DNA of 64,000 bases from Patescibacteria group bacterium (GTDB taxonomy: Bacteria; Patescibacteriota; Patescibacteriia; Buchananbacterales; UBA6539). The translations under genes were made by a program, and so were the position numbers. The stretch covers positions 11,206-75,205 of the forward strand of contig JAVEXP010000002.1 of the NCBI GenBank assembly GCA_034003985.1, in the 5' to 3' direction. Below the pieces are notes generated by a model. It saw only the letters and a program-made list of their open reading frames with translations. It did no database searches and was not told the origin of the DNA. Shown here piece by piece: positions 29,313 to 39,175 of this stretch (the first letter of the stretch is position 1; each line of letters begins with the position of its first letter).

Positions 29313-29972
29313 ATGGCTATTCCCAAAAGTACCAAAAATTATTTGGACAAAAAAATGGCCAAATATGATGAGTTGACCCACAAGACTGTTTATACCGCTT
29401 ATGATGCCGCCCAGACTTTAAGGCGGGAGCTGAGAGAGATTGCCAAAAGCTTGCTGGTGGCAACCGACAAAGCTTATGTGATTGCGGTGCTGCCGGCTCA
29501 TATGAGAATTGATATGGTTAAACTAAAAAAGTCGTTGCGGGCCAGGAAAGTCAGTATCCCCAACGAGAAGGTGATGGTCAAAGTTTTCAAGGTTAAGCCC
29601 GGTTCAATGACGGCCTTCGGCGGGCTTCATAAAATTGAAGTGGTGGTTGATAAAAGCTTGCTTAAGGTTAAGGATGTTATTTTGTCAGCCGGGAGCTTTA
29701 CCGATTCGGTGCGGATGAAGACTAAAGATTTTATTGATTTGGAACAAGCCAAGTTGGTGAATTTCGCCAAAGCCGGTGGCTATAAGTTGACAGCCAAATC
29801 AAAGGCTAAACCAAAAAAGAAAAAAGCATTAGCTAAAAATAAACCGCTGATTAAAAAAAATGTTAAGAAACCGGTTCGTAAAGTTGTCAAAAAAACCGCC
29901 AAGTCAAAGGCGGCCAAAAAGACTGTAAAGATGAAGAAGAGTAATACTAAGAAATTAAAACAGAAAAAATAG
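29313..29972 (+). CDS. YbaK/ProX-like deacylase domain fused to lysine/alanine-rich histone-H1-like C-terminal tail
   Basis: Residues about 40-150 fit the YbaK pattern (KSLLV...AVLPA...KLKKSL...KPGSMTAFGG...VVVDKSL...SAGS). The last 60 aa are a KAKPKKKK-type repeat tail. Confidence 0.55.
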   Translation: MAIPKSTKNYLDKKMAKYDELTHKTVYTAYDAAQTLRRELREIAKSLLVATDKAYVIAVLPAHMRIDMVKLKKSLRARKVSIPNEKVMVKVFKVKPGSMTAFGGLHKIEVVVDKSLLKVKDVILSAGSFTDSVRMKTKDFIDLEQAKLVNFAKAGGYKLTAKSKAKPKKKKALAKNKPLIKKNVKKPVRKVVKKTAKSKAAKKTVKMKKSNTKKLKQKK

Positions 29973-30025
29973 AGGGACCGCCAAGTCAAAGTATGCTCGT
30001 TGGTCCCGTTGGGGCGTCTGAAATT

Positions 30026-30268
30026 TTACCCGATGATTTGGTTGCTTACTTCCTGCCCGCAATGCAGGCAGAAGTAGCGCATGTCGCCACCATAGATTGA
30101 TTTCAGGGCAACGATTCTTACCCCTGGCTCAAGGCAGTGATGGCAGCTTTTATTGCCGCGCGGTAAGAGGCCGGCAACTTGGCGCTGCGTTTCCCGGATT
30201 ACCCGGGACACTGCGTCTGGTATGACCAGATCTGGGGGTGGCACTTCTAGTGCGGGTGGCATTTTCAT
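30026..30268 (-). CDS. small zinc-ribbon protein (CxxC...CxxC), unknown function
   Basis: GGAGGAG RBS before MKMPPALE... Two Cys pairs (CHHC, CLHC). Local GC is elevated. Confidence 0.4.
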   Translation of the reverse strand: MKMPPALEVPPPDLVIPDAVSRVIRETQRQVAGLLPRGNKSCHHCLEPGVRIVALKSIYGGDMRYFCLHCGQEVSNQIIG

Positions 30269-30329
30269 CTCCTCCTGGGGTATTGGACAGCGGTAAAATA
30301 ACATAAATTTATTAATTTGTAAAGACTTA

Positions 30330-31034
30330 ATGCATCCGATAAAAATTGAAGAATTTGAAGGACCGTTGGATTTACTGCTTCAGCTAATTGAACAGCAGAA
30401 GCTGGAAATTACTAAGATCTCGCTGGCTCAGGTTACCGAACAATATATTGAAGTCCTTAATCAGTCCGCTTCACAGCATATCAGCGCTTCGGAGTTGGCT
30501 GATTTTTTAGTGGTGGCTGCCCGATTGTTGTTGATTAAGTCTAAGGCGTTGTTGCCGTTTTTACAGTGGGATGAAGAAGATGAAGGTGAAGAGCTTACCG
30601 GCCAGTTGAAAATCTACAAAGAGTATTTGGATGCTTCAAAAGTTGTTCAGAGCCTGATTGCTAAGAAGCGTTTCAGTTTTTCCCGGTCCAAACTGCTGGT
30701 GGCCGAAGAAATTGGTTTTGCCCCGCCGCCGAAGTTGACCAAAGATAGGCTGCATGATGTCTTTGAGGATGTCATTAAAAACCTTGACCCGTGGTTGAAC
30801 TTGCCAACTGAAGTAGTCAAAAAAAGCATTAATATCCAGGAAAAAATCGCCCAAATCCGTCAGCGGATATTTCGCGAAGCCACGACTAAGTTTTCCGACA
30901 TTCTTAAGGAAGCCAAGGACAAGACGGAAGTCATTGTCAGTTTTTTGGCGATTTTGGAATTAATTAAACAGCGAACGGTGATAGTCAGGCAGTCCAAGAA
31001 TTTTGATGATTTTGAAATCAACCGCCTTGATTAA
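30330..31034 (+). CDS. scpA: segregation and condensation protein A
   Basis: Kleisin N-terminal motif EEFEGPLDLLLQLIE. Confidence 0.85.
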   Translation: MHPIKIEEFEGPLDLLLQLIEQQKLEITKISLAQVTEQYIEVLNQSASQHISASELADFLVVAARLLLIKSKALLPFLQWDEEDEGEELTGQLKIYKEYLDASKVVQSLIAKKRFSFSRSKLLVAEEIGFAPPPKLTKDRLHDVFEDVIKNLDPWLNLPTEVVKKSINIQEKIAQIRQRIFREATTKFSDILKEAKDKTEVIVSFLAILELIKQRTVIVRQSKNFDDFEINRLD

Positions 31035-31079
31035 TCGGTTTGAGTTCAAAATTAATTTTTATTATAATTGACTTAGTAT

Positions 31080-31637
31080 ATGAAAAATCTGAAATCAAAA
31101 ATTGAAAGCTTGTTATTTATTTCCAACCAGCCTTTGGCTTTGAAAAAATTAGCCGATTTGACCAAGACTGAAACCAAAGAGGTCAGCGAAGCAATCAAAG
31201 AATTGTCGGTCGAGTATGATCAGCGCCAGGGTGGGGTAATTTTTCAGCGGATTGGCGACAAGGTTCAGTTGGCCAGTTCGCCGGATAACGCCAAATTGGT
31301 TAAAGATTATATCAAAGAAGAAACTACCGGCGAACTCAGTCGAGCGTCATTGGAAACTTTGACCATTATTGCTTATCGCGGACCGATTACCAAAGCGGAA
31401 CTGGAACAAATTAGGGGGGTGAACTGTTCGGTAATTTTGCGCAATCTGTTAATTCGGGGTTTGGTGGAAAGCAAGGCTTCCAGCGCCAAAATGCAGAATA
31501 CTTACAACATCACTTTTGATTTTTTGAAATTCCTTGGTTTGAGCCACCAATCCGATTTGCCTGACTACGAAAAGTTAAATTCCCATGAAAGTATTCAGAA
31601 AGTTTTGGGGTCTACTGGCGGTCAGAATCAGGAGTAG
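31080..31637 (+). CDS. scpB: segregation and condensation protein B
   Basis: ScpB winged-helix tandem. LLFISNQPLALKKLADL. Confidence 0.85.
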   Translation: MKNLKSKIESLLFISNQPLALKKLADLTKTETKEVSEAIKELSVEYDQRQGGVIFQRIGDKVQLASSPDNAKLVKDYIKEETTGELSRASLETLTIIAYRGPITKAELEQIRGVNCSVILRNLLIRGLVESKASSAKMQNTYNITFDFLKFLGLSHQSDLPDYEKLNSHESIQKVLGSTGGQNQE

Positions 31638-31646
31638 AATTTAATT

Positions 31647-32567
31647 ATGCTTAATCTGATTTCCAGCTTGATTATTGCCAGTCTGTTAATCGGTCCTGGC
31701 TTTAATTTTTTTGGCGCTGCTGGCGGCAATTCGATTTTTGTAAATCAATTTGATTCTAACAGCCCGCAGCTCATCTCTGACAACAGTCTTGGAATTAAAA
31801 CTACGGCCCAGGAGATTTTATTGGTTGATGATAATTCTGGCGTTTCATTGTATGCCAAGAATCTTGAAGCCACTAGATCAATTGCCAGTATCACTAAATT
31901 GATGACCGCTTTGGTTTTTTTATCGCATAATCCCGGTTGGGATCAAGTCGTTGAGATTAAAGCCAGCGACCGGCGCGAGGGCGGTCAGATTTACCTTTTG
32001 ACCGGTGAAACAGTAACTGTCAAAGATCTTTTTAATTTGATGCTGGTGGCTTCCAGTAACGAAGCGGCAATTGCTTTAGCTCGTAGCGCCACCAGTCAGG
32101 ATTTTGTGGCCGAGATGAACCGTCAGGCTGCTGAACTGGGAATGCTAAACAGTTATTTTGCCGACCCCAGTGGTTTGGCTCCGGGCAATGTTTCGCGCGG
32201 TGCTGATTTGATTAAATTGGCCAATGCCGCTTTTGCCAATCAGGACATCCAATCCGCTTTGCAGTCGGTGGCATATCAATTTACCACCAGCAATACCCGT
32301 CGGGCGGTGAAAGTTGAAAATACCGATCGGTTGTTGCTCAGTTTCTTGAATGACGAAGCTTTCGAAATTCTTGGCGCAAAAACCGGTTATTTGGATGAGG
32401 CTGGTTATTGCCTGTTGATCAAAGTCAAAACGCCCCTGGATCAAAGTTTGACTTTGGTGCTATTGGGCGCGGCGACAATCGAAGATCGTTGGCAGGAGAC
32501 CAAGGGCTTGATTGACTGGGTTTTGCGCCATTATCGTTGGCCTGTGCCCCAACCAATTGAAAGTTAG
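31647..32567 (+). CDS. D-alanyl-D-alanine carboxypeptidase (PBP5/6-like, peptidase S11)
   Basis: SITK (SxxK), SNE (SxN) and KTGY (KTG) motifs. Signal/TM at the N-terminus. Confidence 0.8.
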   Translation: MLNLISSLIIASLLIGPGFNFFGAAGGNSIFVNQFDSNSPQLISDNSLGIKTTAQEILLVDDNSGVSLYAKNLEATRSIASITKLMTALVFLSHNPGWDQVVEIKASDRREGGQIYLLTGETVTVKDLFNLMLVASSNEAAIALARSATSQDFVAEMNRQAAELGMLNSYFADPSGLAPGNVSRGADLIKLANAAFANQDIQSALQSVAYQFTTSNTRRAVKVENTDRLLLSFLNDEAFEILGAKTGYLDEAGYCLLIKVKTPLDQSLTLVLLGAATIEDRWQETKGLIDWVLRHYRWPVPQPIES

Positions 32568-32597
32568 CCAAATTGTTGTATAATAATAAAGCTTGAA

Positions 32598-33089
32598 TTG
32601 TTTATGATCTTTATTGATTATTTGAACTATTTACCCCCGCAAATTGCCACCATGATCATGGCAATGTTGCCGATTGTTGAATTACGCGGGTCAATTCCTG
32701 TTGCCCTGACTGTTTATCATCTTGATTATTTGCAGTCTTATTTATTTTCCGTTGTCGGTAATATTATTCCGGTGGTTTTTCTGCTGTGGCTGTTGGGGCC
32801 GATGTCAGGCTACCTGATGCAGCGTTATCGCTTCGCTAATCGGTTTTTTACTTGGCTGTTTGACCGCACTCGCCATAAATTTGTTGGTAAGTATGAACGC
32901 TGGGGAGAATTGGCGCTGGCTTTGTTTGTCGCCGTGCCCTTGCCGGTCACCGGTGCTTGGACCGGCGCGGTGGCGGCTTTTATCTTCGGCATCCCTAAAC
33001 AAAAGTCACTAGTGTTTATCACTCTTGGTGCGATGTTGGCCGGAGTGATTGTGACATTAACCACCTTGGGAATAACCACCATATTTTAA
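32598..33089 (+). CDS. small multidrug-export-like membrane protein (COG2426 family)
   Basis: 163 aa, 4 TM. Resembles the putative small multidrug export family. Confidence 0.5.
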   Translation: MFMIFIDYLNYLPPQIATMIMAMLPIVELRGSIPVALTVYHLDYLQSYLFSVVGNIIPVVFLLWLLGPMSGYLMQRYRFANRFFTWLFDRTRHKFVGKYERWGELALALFVAVPLPVTGAWTGAVAAFIFGIPKQKSLVFITLGAMLAGVIVTLTTLGITTIF

Positions 33090-33090
33090 T

Positions 33091-33849
33091 ATGACTAAAG
33101 AAACAAAAATTGTTATTGCCAATTGGAAGATGAAACTTGGTTTACCCGAAAGCTTGGATTTGGCCAAAGATTTGCGTGCCCAAAAATTGCGCGGTGATGT
33201 TGAAGTGACGGTCTGTCCGTCGTTTGTCGGATTAAGCGAAATTGGCGCTTTATTGAATAAAACCAAAATTAAGCTGGGCGCTCAGGATTGTTTTTGGGAA
33301 CGCCAAGGCGCTTTTACCGGTGAAGTCTCGGCCACTTATTTGCGCGAAGTCGGTTGCAGCTATGTTATTGTCGGCCATTCCGAGCGTCGGCAGTATCTCA
33401 ACGAGACTGATGAAATGGTTCACAAAAAAATTAAAATGGCTTTAGCCGCTGGTTTGACCCCGATTGTCTGCGTGGGTGAAACTTTTCAGCAGCGCCAAGA
33501 GGGGAGCCAGGATTACATTTTAATCAACCAAACCACCAAAGCGCTGGAAGGCATTGATGTTGGTTTGGATCAGCAGGTTATTATTGCTTACGAACCGCGC
33601 TGGGTAATTGGCAGCGGCCGGGCGATTGATCCCTCGCAGGCTGAACTGGCGCATCAAATTATCCGCCAAAGCTTGTTTGATATTTTCCCTTCATCGTTAA
33701 TTAATAATAATTTTTCGATTATCTACGGTGGTAGCGTTGACGGCAATAATGTCAGCCACTTTACTTCGTTAGATAACACCGCCGGCGTTTTGGTTGGCAA
33801 TGCCAGTCTAGATGCCAAGGAGTTTGTCAAAATTATCCAAAATGTTTAA
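33091..33849 (+). CDS. tpiA: triosephosphate isomerase
   Basis: IANWKM, VGHSERR, and an IAYEPRWVIGSG-type loop. Confidence 0.9.
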   Translation: MTKETKIVIANWKMKLGLPESLDLAKDLRAQKLRGDVEVTVCPSFVGLSEIGALLNKTKIKLGAQDCFWERQGAFTGEVSATYLREVGCSYVIVGHSERRQYLNETDEMVHKKIKMALAAGLTPIVCVGETFQQRQEGSQDYILINQTTKALEGIDVGLDQQVIIAYEPRWVIGSGRAIDPSQAELAHQIIRQSLFDIFPSSLINNNFSIIYGGSVDGNNVSHFTSLDNTAGVLVGNASLDAKEFVKIIQNV

Positions 33850-33857
33850 TTAATTTT

Positions 33858-34679
33858 ATGTCACTTTATTTAATTCCACTAACCGTCATTATCATTAGTC
33901 TGGGTGGAATCATCTATATTATTGTTAAAAATTTTTCCGCGTTGGCCGTCATTAAGGTTGAAACCATCTCTAAAGAGCGGGAAAATGTTGTACGCAATCG
34001 GATTATGATTGATCGGCTTTATCGCAAGTTCGTTTCTTTTTCTCGGTTTATCAGGGAAGTCTCGCGGCCGTTTGCCCAGAAAATTAATGATGCTTGGACC
34101 GATTTTTATAACCGGGCGATGGAATTGGAAAAAGAAACCATCAAGAATGCCACGCCGTTAAAAAAGATTGATTTGCAACAGCAGATTGTCCAGAAGCTTG
34201 AAGACATTGATAAGCTGATTGCCGAAGAGGAACTGGATGAAGCCGAAGAGGAGAGCATTAATATTATTGAATTGGATCCCGGTAATCTTGATGCCTATGA
34301 TTTGCTGGGGCGGATTTACACTTTAAAAAAAGATTATCGCAAAGCCCGTGAAACTTTGCGCTATTTGCTGAAATTATTGACTAATCTAAGCCGAAAGTCT
34401 GATGCCGGCGAAGATAAACATCGTCTGGCCAATTGTTATTCGGATTTGGGCTGGGTTTACCAATTGGAAAATAAGCCCAAACAGGCTTTGACCAGTTTTG
34501 AGAAATCAGTTGAGTTGGAACCCAATAATCCGCGATTCCTTGACTTATTATTGAAAATCAGTATAATATTAAAGAATAAAAAATCGGCTGAAGAAGCCTT
34601 CGAAAAGCTCAGGCAAGCCGATCCTGATAATCAGAAATTGGAGGCTTTGGCAGAGGAAATCAGTAAAATTGAAGGTTGA
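33858..34679 (+). CDS. TPR-repeat protein with N-terminal membrane anchor
   Basis: N-terminal TM segment followed by tetratricopeptide-like repeats. Confidence 0.55.
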   Translation: MSLYLIPLTVIIISLGGIIYIIVKNFSALAVIKVETISKERENVVRNRIMIDRLYRKFVSFSRFIREVSRPFAQKINDAWTDFYNRAMELEKETIKNATPLKKIDLQQQIVQKLEDIDKLIAEEELDEAEEESINIIELDPGNLDAYDLLGRIYTLKKDYRKARETLRYLLKLLTNLSRKSDAGEDKHRLANCYSDLGWVYQLENKPKQALTSFEKSVELEPNNPRFLDLLLKISIILKNKKSAEEAFEKLRQADPDNQKLEALAEEISKIEG

Positions 34680-34792
34680 CGATTAACAGTTGACCGCCCT
34701 GGCCGATTGTTGGTTGTCAATTATTATTTTTGTTCAGATGTCCGGCTGGTTTGTAGGCGTGTCGGATGGAGTTGAACGGAATCAAAAAATAT

Positions 34793-34868
34793 GCCGAGAT
34801 AGCTCAGCTGGTAGAGCGCATCCATGGTAAGGATGAGGTCCCGGGTTCGATCCCCGGTCTCGGCTCCA
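34793..34868 (+). tRNA. tRNA-Thr (anticodon GGT)
   Basis: Manual fold: GCCGAGA acceptor, anticodon loop ATGGTAA, T-arm CCGGG-TTCGATC-CCCGG, CCA encoded. Confidence 0.85.
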
Positions 34869-34881
34869 GTAAAAAAATATT

Positions 34882-34967
34882 GGGTCGGTACCGAAGCGGT
34901 CAAACGGGGCTGACTGTAAATCAGCTGGCTTATGCCTTCGGCGGTTCGAATCCGTCCCGGCCCACCA
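34882..34967 (+). tRNA. tRNA-Tyr (anticodon GTA, long variable arm)
   Basis: Manual fold: anticodon loop CTGTAAA, 14-nt variable arm, CCA encoded. Confidence 0.85.
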
Positions 34968-34972
34968 GGTTT

Positions 34973-35047
34973 GCCGGGGTAGCTCAACGGTAGAGCAGCA
35001 GTTTTGTAAACTGTTGGTTGGGGGTTCGATTCCTCTCCCCGGCTCCA
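34973..35047 (+). tRNA. tRNA-Thr (anticodon TGT)
   Basis: Manual fold: GCCGGGG acceptor, anticodon loop TTTGTAA, GGGGG-TTCGATT-CCTCT T-arm, CCA encoded. Confidence 0.8.
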
Positions 35048-35077
35048 GTAGGGTATTAATTCTAAAGCATTTGTCGT

Positions 35078-35233
35078 ATGTCACAAGACAACATGATTAA
35101 AATGGAGTGCACGGAATGCAAAAGAGTCAATTATTTTTCACGCAAGAATAAGAAAACTCTTAAAGACAGACTTGAGTTGAAAAAGTATTGTAAGCATTGC
35201 AAAAAGCACACCGCTCACAAAGAAACTAAATAG
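35078..35233 (+). CDS. rpmG: 50S ribosomal protein L33
   Basis: 51-aa [54 protein letters not shown], matching the L33 Zn-ribbon consensus. Below the ORF-track length cutoff. Confidence 0.8.
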   Translation: MSQDNMIKMECTECKRVNYFSRKNKKTLKDRLELKKYCKHCKKHTAHKETK

Positions 35234-35235
35234 AC

Positions 35236-35316
35236 CATGCAAATTGTCATTCTGGGCGCAGCGAAGAATCTCTTTGATTCTTCGGTCACTTCGTTCCCTC
35301 AGAATGACAATTTGGT
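35236..35316. repeat. palindromic element: 16-bp perfect inverted repeat CCAAATTGTCATTCTG / CAGAATGACAATTTGG enclosing GCGCAGCGAAGAATC; related to the 3001-3080 repeat
   Basis: Read directly. Lies between rpmG and tRNA-Trp. Confidence 0.7.
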
Positions 35317-35318
35317 AT

Positions 35319-35392
35319 GGGGGCGTAGTTCAACAGTAGAACGGCGGTCTCCAAAACCGCAGACGAGGGTGCAACACCTTCCGCCCCTGCCA
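35319..35392 (+). tRNA. tRNA-Trp (anticodon CCA)
   Basis: Manual fold: GGGGGCG/CGCCCCT acceptor, anticodon loop CTCCAAA, CCA encoded. The T-loop is atypical (TGCAACA). Confidence 0.7.
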
Positions 35393-35394
35393 AG

Positions 35395-35422
35395 TAAAAC
35401 CGCCTAAGGCGGTTTTGTGCTA
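35395..35422 (+). terminator. rho-independent terminator AAAACCGCC-TAA-GGCGGTTTTGT
   Basis: Read directly. Confidence 0.55.
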
Positions 35423-35500
35423 TAATTAGGTAATAAATATCTAGCTGATAGGTTTTTGGTATAATAAGAATATAAAGATAGTAATTAAAGTTAAAACAAT

Positions 35501-36424
35501 ATGTCAAGCACAGCTCCAAGTCAACGAGAAAAAGAAAATAACCAAGGATCAACGCCGCAAGGCTTAACCCGGCTTTTAGAAGAATTGCATGAATACGATG
35601 ATTATTATAATGTAGGCGCAATTATGGGGCGAATTATAAAAAAAAGTATACCGGAGAGGTTCAATGAATCTGATGAAAGTAAAGGCGAAGAATTGTCAGT
35701 TGAAAATTTGCGACGACGAAACATAGAAATTTTGGATGATGCCGGACTGGAGTTGCAGCCTGTAGCAACGGGAGCGTTGACTACTGCAGATCAAGAGGGT
35801 ATTCCAGAAAAGAAAAGAGGGTCTACAATGCGTCTTAATTTGCAGGATGGAAAAAAATTTGTTTCATATTTAGGCAGGCTAAATCCTGATATGATGAATG
35901 ATAATGACCGGGGAACCTTAGAAGAGATGGCTAATATTTTAACAGTACAATTAAAGGGTCAGTATAATTTGGAAAGCGCTGATGACCGGTTGTTAGAGTT
36001 AATGGGAAACCTAGATGAAATTATCCAAGAGTACAAAAGGCTTGGTGCGGGTGATTGTGTGGTTGATCTTGAGAAAATTTTAGAGAAAGCCCGCGAAGGA
36101 GCATTACGAGAATATATGATGGCTGAAAAATTAAATTTACACAAACCTTTTAGAAAAGAAGGTTTTATTTTAAATTGGCAGCAGGATATCACACCTGGTG
36201 GATTGGAAGAAAAATGGAATAATGTTCTTGATACGCTTCATCAAATAAACCAAAATCCGAAAGCAAAGGATATTTACGCCCAAGCGGTTTCGACGGCCAA
36301 GGAGGCAGTTAGTAACGCGATTGCAGAAGTTTTGGCTTGGAAAAAAGATTATTATTTAAGCACTAGTAACGAGGTTTACCTTGGTATTTTAAGGGCCGTT
36401 GAAAATAAATTATCAGAGTTTTAA
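35501..36424 (+). CDS. hypothetical soluble protein (307 aa)
   Basis: Long ORF with protein-like composition. No family recognised. Followed by a 290-bp AT-rich gap. Confidence 0.5.
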   Translation: MSSTAPSQREKENNQGSTPQGLTRLLEELHEYDDYYNVGAIMGRIIKKSIPERFNESDESKGEELSVENLRRRNIEILDDAGLELQPVATGALTTADQEGIPEKKRGSTMRLNLQDGKKFVSYLGRLNPDMMNDNDRGTLEEMANILTVQLKGQYNLESADDRLLELMGNLDEIIQEYKRLGAGDCVVDLEKILEKAREGALREYMMAEKLNLHKPFRKEGFILNWQQDITPGGLEEKWNNVLDTLHQINQNPKAKDIYAQAVSTAKEAVSNAIAEVLAWKKDYYLSTSNEVYLGILRAVENKLSEF

Positions 36425-36715
36425 TTAAGTTAATATAATAATTAGACTTAATATTTAATTCGGGCAATACGATGTCAATTTCTAGGTTTTTTTATTTTTT
36501 AACGAATTTGAAATATCGAGTTTTTTGTTTTTGAATTTGAGTTTTGATTCAGCAGATTTATATTTTAATATATTTGTCGAATAGTTAATTATTAGTTAAT
36601 CTGAATTAACTAGCTCGGTTTTGTTTGTCATATTTTGTGTTATAACTAAACCATGAAAAAGATTTATATAATTTCTGCTATCACTAATCACTACCAGAAG
36701 TAGATAAGTGTATTT

Positions 36716-37360
36716 ATGAAAAAGATTTTAATTTTGTCTATTGGCTTTATTCTTGTCGTCATTATTTTTATAGTATTAGTCAATATTAATATTAACAAAT
36801 TTGGGAGAAATATTTGCAATCAGGATAATCTGAATAAACAAGCCGCTTTAGTCTTAGGTGCCAAGGTCTATGATAGCGGCCAGATGAGCGATATTTTTAG
36901 AGACAGGGTTCAAACAGCTGTTGGGTTGTATAAAGAAGGTAAGGTGGAAAAGATTTTAGTCAGTGGCGACCATGGCCGAAAAGATTATGATGAAGTAAAT
37001 TCAGCCAAAGAATATTTATTGGAAAATGGAGTTAACCAAAATGATATATTTTTAGATCATGCCGGTTTTGATACTTATGACAGTTTGTATAGGGCTAAAT
37101 ATATATTCCAGGTGCAGTCGTTAGTCATAGTAACTCAAGCCTTTCATTTATCCAGGGCTTTGTATATTGCTGATAAATTGGGGATTGAATCGTGTGGAGT
37201 GAGTGCTAATCTTCATAGATATTATGGAGAGGAGGCTATGAATAGAAGGGAAACTTTAGCAAAGGTTAAGGCCTTGTTTGATGTTATTTTTAATTCAAAA
37301 CCAAAATATCTAGGTGGTGCTATACCTTTATCAGGAAGCGGATTAAATAGTTGGGATTAA
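36716..37360 (+). CDS. SanA/YdcF (DUF218) family membrane-anchored protein
   Basis: N-terminal TM segment and an ILVSGDHGRKDYDEV-type DUF218 core. Confidence 0.65.
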   Translation: MKKILILSIGFILVVIIFIVLVNININKFGRNICNQDNLNKQAALVLGAKVYDSGQMSDIFRDRVQTAVGLYKEGKVEKILVSGDHGRKDYDEVNSAKEYLLENGVNQNDIFLDHAGFDTYDSLYRAKYIFQVQSLVIVTQAFHLSRALYIADKLGIESCGVSANLHRYYGEEAMNRRETLAKVKALFDVIFNSKPKYLGGAIPLSGSGLNSWD

Positions 37361-37374
37361 TTATCCAAAGAATA

Positions 37375-37692
37375 ATGATTATGAAGAAAAAATCTTTTTT
37401 ACCAATAGTTGCAGGTTTAATAGTTGCATCTCTTGATTTAGCTTTTTGGATTTGGTTTGTAGCTTACGGTTTATTACATTCTCGCCCTGGTATATTTGAA
37501 GAAGGACTTTTAGGGATGGTGATTTTTCATATGCCGGCATCCATTCTCTTACCTACTTTAGGGTTATCAAGTGATTCTATTATCCCGCAAACTGTTTTTC
37601 TTTTTGTGGTTGGCCTTGGACAATATTTTATATTCGGTTATATATTAGGGCGTATAATTTTATTTTTTAAGAAAAAGTTTAAAAAAATATGA
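37375..37692 (+). CDS. small hypothetical membrane protein
   Basis: 3 TM segments. Overlaps the neighbouring genes by a few nt, suggesting an operon. Confidence 0.4.
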   Translation: MIMKKKSFLPIVAGLIVASLDLAFWIWFVAYGLLHSRPGIFEEGLLGMVIFHMPASILLPTLGLSSDSIIPQTVFLFVVGLGQYFIFGYILGRIILFFKKKFKKI

Positions 37693-39131
37693 AGAAATTT
37701 AAACCGGTAATTTTTACTTCCCTGATTTGCGCCGTCTTGTTTTCGTTGGTAACGATTTTGATTTCACATCTGGACTGGCCTTTTATTCCTTATTTGATTA
37801 TGGCGGGTTTGTTTATGGTCTGGGTGCAACCTGAAAAGGTCAGCTATAAATTTTTGGATAAACTGTTGGCTGGTTCTTTAATTTTTGGTTTTTTAATGAC
37901 TGCTTTAATTTTTCTGCGGATGTATTTGATGTCTCGTTTGGTTTATGCCTCGCCGCTTCCTTTTAATTTATTATGGGACAGCGATACTGTTGTTTTAGCT
38001 TTAGTCTATGCTTTCCTCAGTTTTTTGGGTGGGCTATTGGGTATATTTTTCAAAGGGCTTTACTTATTATATCAGACCAAGCTTGACTGGGTGATTGTTA
38101 TCCTTGGCTCGTTATTGACAACCCTGTCATCTTTGGCGGTTTTTAAAGTCAAGATTGGCGGGACGATCATGAGCGGTTATTATGGTCTGCCTTATTCTTA
38201 TTTTACCTATCAAATTAAAGATGTCCTTGATGGTTTTGCCATTGATAAGTTGATTTTTTCGCCGGGCAGTTTGTACCATTACATCGTCTTTGATTATTTA
38301 TTGTATCTGGCATTGTTTCTGGTGGTTTATTTTGGCGCTGTCCAAGTTAACAAAAGATTAACCAGTTGGAAAATAAACGCCACTTATTTGTTGTTTGGTC
38401 TATCTCTGTTTTTGATAACGGTTTTTATTTCTTTCCTGCCAATAAAACAATCATTTATTTCTTATCGGATTGCCATGGCCAGTTCTTGTCAGGTTGATCC
38501 TGATTGTGTGATTATTGCTAACCGTTTGCCATTCAGCTGCGCGATTGTGGTTAACCGGGACAATGCCGAAAGAATTTTAAAACTGGTTAATTCTTTTCCG
38601 TCAACCGGTGAATTGCAATGTTTGGGAAACGAAAAAGCTGTTTGCTTGGACCGCCGTTGTCAAGTGGCACTTGATTATAATTCCAATCAGGTAGGGGAGA
38701 ACAACGATTTATGGCGAATTTTTGTTGATGAGGTTCAAAAAATTAGTTTTAGCTACCCCAAAAAATTAACCGCTCAATATATTAGTACCGTTGATTGGCC
38801 ACCAGTTGTTACCCTTTCCGATAGTGTCCATCAATTAATTTGTGACGAAACTTCACCGGAAAGTAGTTTGCCACAAAGGGTTATGCGCCGGCAAGTTGAT
38901 GACCGAATTTATTGTGTTGAAGCTTTAAGCGAAGGTGCGGCCGGGTCGGTTTACACCCAGTATTCTTATTCAACCATTTGGGATGAAAAGCTTGCTACCA
39001 TTAGTTTTACGCTACAATTTCCGCAGTGCTATAATTATGATGAGCCAGCCCAAACCAATTGTAAAAAAGAACGCGAATCCTTTGATTTGGATGGAATAGT
39101 TGACCGAATTATCGCTAGCCTGAAAAATTGA
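37689..39131 (+). CDS. hypothetical membrane protein with N-terminal polytopic domain and C-terminal Cys-rich extracytoplasmic domain
   Basis: About 8 TM segments, then about 200 aa with about 12 cysteines. Confidence 0.5.
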   Translation: MKKFKPVIFTSLICAVLFSLVTILISHLDWPFIPYLIMAGLFMVWVQPEKVSYKFLDKLLAGSLIFGFLMTALIFLRMYLMSRLVYASPLPFNLLWDSDTVVLALVYAFLSFLGGLLGIFFKGLYLLYQTKLDWVIVILGSLLTTLSSLAVFKVKIGGTIMSGYYGLPYSYFTYQIKDVLDGFAIDKLIFSPGSLYHYIVFDYLLYLALFLVVYFGAVQVNKRLTSWKINATYLLFGLSLFLITVFISFLPIKQSFISYRIAMASSCQVDPDCVIIANRLPFSCAIVVNRDNAERILKLVNSFPSTGELQCLGNEKAVCLDRRCQVALDYNSNQVGENNDLWRIFVDEVQKISFSYPKKLTAQYISTVDWPPVVTLSDSVHQLICDETSPESSLPQRVMRRQVDDRIYCVEALSEGAAGSVYTQYSYSTIWDEKLATISFTLQFPQCYNYDEPAQTNCKKERESFDLDGIVDRIIASLKN

Positions 39132-39175
39132 TTTACCCTGGCTAATTTTACAATTTGTGATAAAATGGGTTTTAG

